NCBI RefSeq assembly: GCF_030144855.1
Contig: NC_082708.1
Coordinates: forward strand, 54,436,001-54,500,000
Source: Hypanus sabinus
Lineage: Eukaryota
Direction: 5' to 3'
DNA length: 64,000 bases
The notes beneath the pieces were generated by a model that saw only the letters and a list, made by a program, of their open reading frames with translations, made no database searches and was not told where the DNA came from. The position numbers and the translations under genes are program-made. The number at the start of each line of letters is the position of its first letter. Positions within the stretch are counted from its first letter, which is position 1. Below are positions 59,932 to 64,000 of this stretch, piece by piece.

Positions 59932-60875
59932 CAGGAGTGACAAATCTATGCCACGTGCAAATATTTTGTTGGCACGAGGCATGGAGTGCCAATCCTTAAT
60001 TCCATAAACCCCACCCATTAAAAAAAATCATCATTATTTGTACTGCCAAATGAAGCAGCAAGTGATGTTTAACAAAACAAGTGAAGTGCGGTGCTTTCAC
60101 AGGAAATGTCTCACTCACACTGGCTTGGCGCCAGTTAGACAATTGTGAGGACAAGTGACAGGGATGATATGCTTCAACGTCCTCGCAGACCCGATGTTCA
60201 CATCAGTATTGGGATGGGAAATGGTTGGGCCAGTTGCTTTTATTTTTTTGTATTGTTTGTGAATGAACACTGGATATTTGATGATAATACAATAAATAGT
60301 GTATATAGTTTAGTAAACGTCTCCATTAATATTTACTTTTCACAAATTTTTTTGAAAAGGTTGCTTCCTCAAATTTTTTTGGTTATGATAGATTACTTGA
60401 ACCTGAACCCAAGTATAATTACCTGGACAAGATAGAAAATTTATCAGCTTGCATTGTGAACAACATTTTAATTGAATTATGAATTGAAACAAAAAATATA
60501 GGCAATTTCAGAAAAGTGGTGCATGATAGGGAAATTTCACGGTGATTTTCATTATCAGCAGCCCAAAATCCATAAGGTACACCCAGAAGTATTCAGGAAG
60601 CAATATTTTTGTTGTTCGGTGTTTTAGGAGAAGACTTGCTTGTGAAACTAGTGCTACCTGTGTGGTTCTCAAAGCAACAAAATACAAGCCAGATATGAAC
60701 GTCTGTCAACATTGGTATAGTAGCAAAAGTCTCACTGAGTATAGAATGTGTTTATTTTCCTTTCCTTGATCTTTTATGAATATGCACCAAAGCTTATCAT
60801 TTTGCTTTCAGATTCATATATACAGTATACACACACACATAGTTTGGGCACGTGCTCTGTCAAGAACCCGTGTTC
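59932..60875. mobile_element. Possible decayed DNA-transposon remnants (hAT-like ends; Chapaev-like internal piece ~60340-60621)
   Basis: caggagtgacaaatctatgccacgtgc start and ggcacgtgc near 60848; ttgcttcct (60361) is inverted to aggaagcaa (60595); no TSD found. Confidence 0.35.
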
Positions 60876-61314
60876 TAGAAACCCAGCCAGGGAAACATCC
60901 ACCAGGAATTTATGTAAGTTTAAATGTGAGAATCTCTCATTGTTTAAATTCAAGTGAGTACCTGTACATGCCCTAGTCGTACTTCCACCTAACCTCCCTC
61001 AGAAGAGTAACTGAGCAATCAATTTCGTAAGCCTTCACTATATTCCCTCCATCACAAGTATAGAGTGACCAGATCTGTACATAGCATTCCAGATCCTATA
61101 TAATTGGACTCACTATTCTGAATGCAAATCCTCTTGCAGTAAAGGCCATTTTTTATGTTTTTCTAATTGTATGCTTTAAATATATGTTAACTACAGCTAT
61201 TTGTGTACAACTTCTCTTTGAACACAGCAACAAAAAAATTGTATTTAGAACTCTTTTGAAACCAGAAAGAGGTAATGAGCAAATTTCTGTTAACGAGCTA
61301 ATCTAACCCTCTGC

Positions 61315-61905
61315 TCAACCATTTTACGGTCAGTGTGATGACAAGTCAAATCACGAGTTGTTGGCTCAGTCAAGATGGACATCTGCTGTGCAAAAAGTGG
61401 TCTGTGACTAACGGTGTACCACAGAGATCAGGACTGGAACATTTGTTTTTCATAATTATAAATTAATAATTTAGACGTGACTGTTAGAGATATGATTAAG
61501 CTTGCAACTTATGCTGATGTTGTGGATTTTGAGAAAGGCTACAGCAGGATATAGATCAGATGGCAAGTTGGTGGGTGGAATTTGATCATGACAAGTGTGA
61601 GGTGTTGCATTTTGGGAAGTCAGATGGGGTAGAACGTGTAAACTAAATGGAAGGTAGAGGATCCTTGGGATTCAAGTACATAGAACAGTATGGGCCCTTC
61701 AGCCTCTAATGTTGTGCTGATGTAGTCAATATCTTTTTCCCTCGATAGGTAGGACTATCATAAATGAGGGCATAGATTGAAGGAGTTTTAAAGGAAATCT
61801 GAAGCGAAATTTTCTGAAACGGAAAATGGTTGATACCTGGATCCTATAGTGAGAGATGATGGAATCAGATATAGTTGATTCAATTAAAAATGCATTCAGA
61901 TAAGC
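61315..61905 (+). mobile_element. Old CR1 RT fragment
   Basis: aacggtgtaccacagagatcag (GVPQ), aagtgtgaggtgttgcattttggg (KCEVLHFG). Confidence 0.75.
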
Positions 61906-61907
61906 AC

Positions 61908-62020
61908 AAGAGGTTTTACAGATGCTGAAAACCCAGAGCAACATACACAAAATGCTGGAGAGATTCAGCAGGCCAGGCAGCATCTATGGAGATCGATCTA
62001 TGAGACCCTTCATCAGGATT
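61908..62020 (-). mobile_element. Short Penelope-derived element
   Basis: acacaaaatgctggag..cagcaggccaggcagcatctat..gacccttcatcagga; TSD gataagcac / gataatcac. Confidence 0.75.
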
Positions 62021-63200
62021 GATAATCACTTGAATAAGCAAAGCACAGATGATACAGACCTAAGTAGGCAACTGAGATTAGAGGGGCAAAAGCATTGGCC
62101 TGGATTGGGGTGGGGTTTGGTGAAGTGGCTGTTATGGTACTGTAGGAATTACTCAGGAAAAAATAATATCTTCACTGGTTTGCAGATTAAGAATTACTAA
62201 ATTACAAAATGTATTTTCATCAAGAATTGGAAAATATCACACAGCAAAACTGCTGCAAATTGCAATTATTTTGCACCCACATTCTAGTCCCTCACACAGT
62301 ATTATCAAACACAATTTGGCGAGGAGCAGTAGGGGGTGAATTTCAAATCGTCAGAGCCTGATCATTGAAAACATGGTTGCCAATGGTCTTGTGAGACTAA
62401 GATTAGGGGAGCACAAAGATCTCTGGTTGTAGGATGAGAACACTGCAGAGGTAGGAAGGGCCATGCCAATGAAGCACAAACAGGCAGCAAATAGAGGGAA
62501 TGACGTGAATGCAGGAGTCTTAAAAGATTTCAATTGTGCTGAGGGCTGATTGAGGTGGGGCAATGAAGACTGAAGTGAAGTAGTCAAGTATGGACAAGGA
62601 TCTGAGCAGTATGAAGAAAACCACAGGCACAGTAGGAAATTTTACAATGGCATGATTATCGGATGTACGTGACATGATGCCATTGACAAGTACTTCATTG
62701 GTAACCGAAGACAGGAATTTAATTGCCATGGGCAATTTCGTGCATTGAAATGTAAATTGATTTAGTGTAAAAAGATTTCACTTTTTTCCCCTCTGATAAT
62801 TGTCTTCCTGTCACTACAGTTTATTTGCATTACAAAGTTTTCTGCTCTCTGGAAGGCTGCTGAACCCTGCTGTGGTACAGCTCCGTAAGGCCAGATGCCC
62901 ACAGGTGTCTCACCAAATTGGTCATTAATTAATGTATGAGGTTAAACAGTGGGGCATCAAGAAAGTTATTTAATCATAATAAACCTAATCCTCTGCTCAC
63001 CCAGGTCTACACAGATGAACTGTGGACCAGAAGTGACTGGGTAGTAATTAGCAGGAAGAACCAAAGAAGACTTTGACTCTATCGTGGCAAGGGATAATAA
63101 ATCCAGTTATTCTTGTAAATCAGTTATAGTAACCTGGGATTCAGTGTTACTGCTAATGAGTATTTCAATATGTCCTACTTTTACAGTCATACAGTAAATC

Positions 63201-63794
63201 ATGTGATGGCATTCGTTATCTCACAAGACCATGGATCTGCGCCTGGAAAGTCTTGCTTCATTCTCCAGGGCGCAGGCCTGGGCAAGGTTGTATGGAAGAC
63301 CGGCAGTTGCCCAAGCAGCAAGTCTCCCCTCTCCATGCCACCGATGTTGTCCAAGGGAAGGGCAAGGGCTGGTACAGCTTGGCAACTGTGATATTGCTGG
63401 AGTTACCAGAGCAAGGTTGAAGGCAACGTTGGACCGCCTTAGGGACTCCAGCTCTGGATTTGTCCTCAGGGTTTACTCACGAAGCCTTTCCCATGAGTGG
63501 GTATGGCTGCAAGGCAGCGGAGGTTTGAAATTAGAGTTCTCCCTCTCTTAGATGGACTGCCTTCTCAGGGTGACAAGCTCCATTTACCCGAAGCACAGGT
63601 TTTAAAGTGCCAGGACCCACCTTCGCCCTTTTTCCTGTCAGTAGAAACAGTTCCGCTGGGCTTAGAGGCTAAGCCACACGAGAAGGCCAGGAGTTGGACT
63701 TGGCTGTCAGAGGCTACTTAAGGCGCATGCCGTGAGAGAAGCACTTTTAGGTAGTGGGACCCTACCACTCCTCGGCTTGACAACCTTGGAACCA
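63201..63794 (-). mobile_element. RTE-derived non-autonomous element (594 bp)
   Basis: Perfect 10-bp TSD acagtaaatc (63191-63200 / 63795-63804); RTE-type tail ccatggtcttgtgagataacgaatgcc; homologous to 295-846. Confidence 0.8.
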
Positions 63795-63834
63795 ACAGTA
63801 AATCTTACATGTGAAAACAAAGAACAGTTCCTTA

Positions 63835-64000
63835 AACACCGGAGATTCTGTAGATGGTGAGCAACACACAAACTGCTGGAGGAACTCAGCAATAATTATA
63901 AACTACTATAAATTGTGCATTGCACAATTAGATGGAGATGTAAAGGTTTTTACTCCTCATGTAAATGAAGGATGTAAGTAATAAAGTCAATTCCATTCAA
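63835..64000. mobile_element. Penelope-derived tip (63835-63890) followed by a Rex1 3' tail
   Basis: acacaaactgctggaggaactcagc; tail matches 7530-7635 and 40200-40305. Confidence 0.7.

Overview
Repeat-dense, non-genic (intergenic or intronic) vertebrate DNA. The repeat inventory suggests a cartilaginous fish, probably a ray; this is an inference from family content. No host protein-coding exon, rRNA or functional tRNA gene can be supported, and every recognisable ORF is a decayed transposon fragment. Contents: many CR1 LINE pieces (one near full length at ~23980-28085 with esterase ORF1 and APE/RT ORF2), many Rex1/Babar LINE pieces, Tc1-derived elements, tRNA-derived SINEs, five solo-LTR-like insertions with target-site duplications (TSDs), hAT and Harbinger-type MITEs, short Penelope-derived elements with hammerhead-ribozyme cores, and a 138-N gap. 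Two nested clusters stand out. (1) An RTE-derived ~545-bp non-autonomous element (43956-49175, perfect 10-bp TSD) whose 5' end folds like a variant HDV-type ribozyme; it contains an internally deleted Academ DNA transposon (transposase C-part + XPG-like nuclease + Cys-rich finger, 44463-49137), which in turn contains a Rex1 LINE. (2) An old RTE fragment split by a Vingi LINE (50207-53611, perfect 10-bp TSD), which is split by a solo-LTR-like element and a Harbinger-type MITE. Family names come from motif recognition by eye, not from database searches; boundaries without a TSD are approximate.
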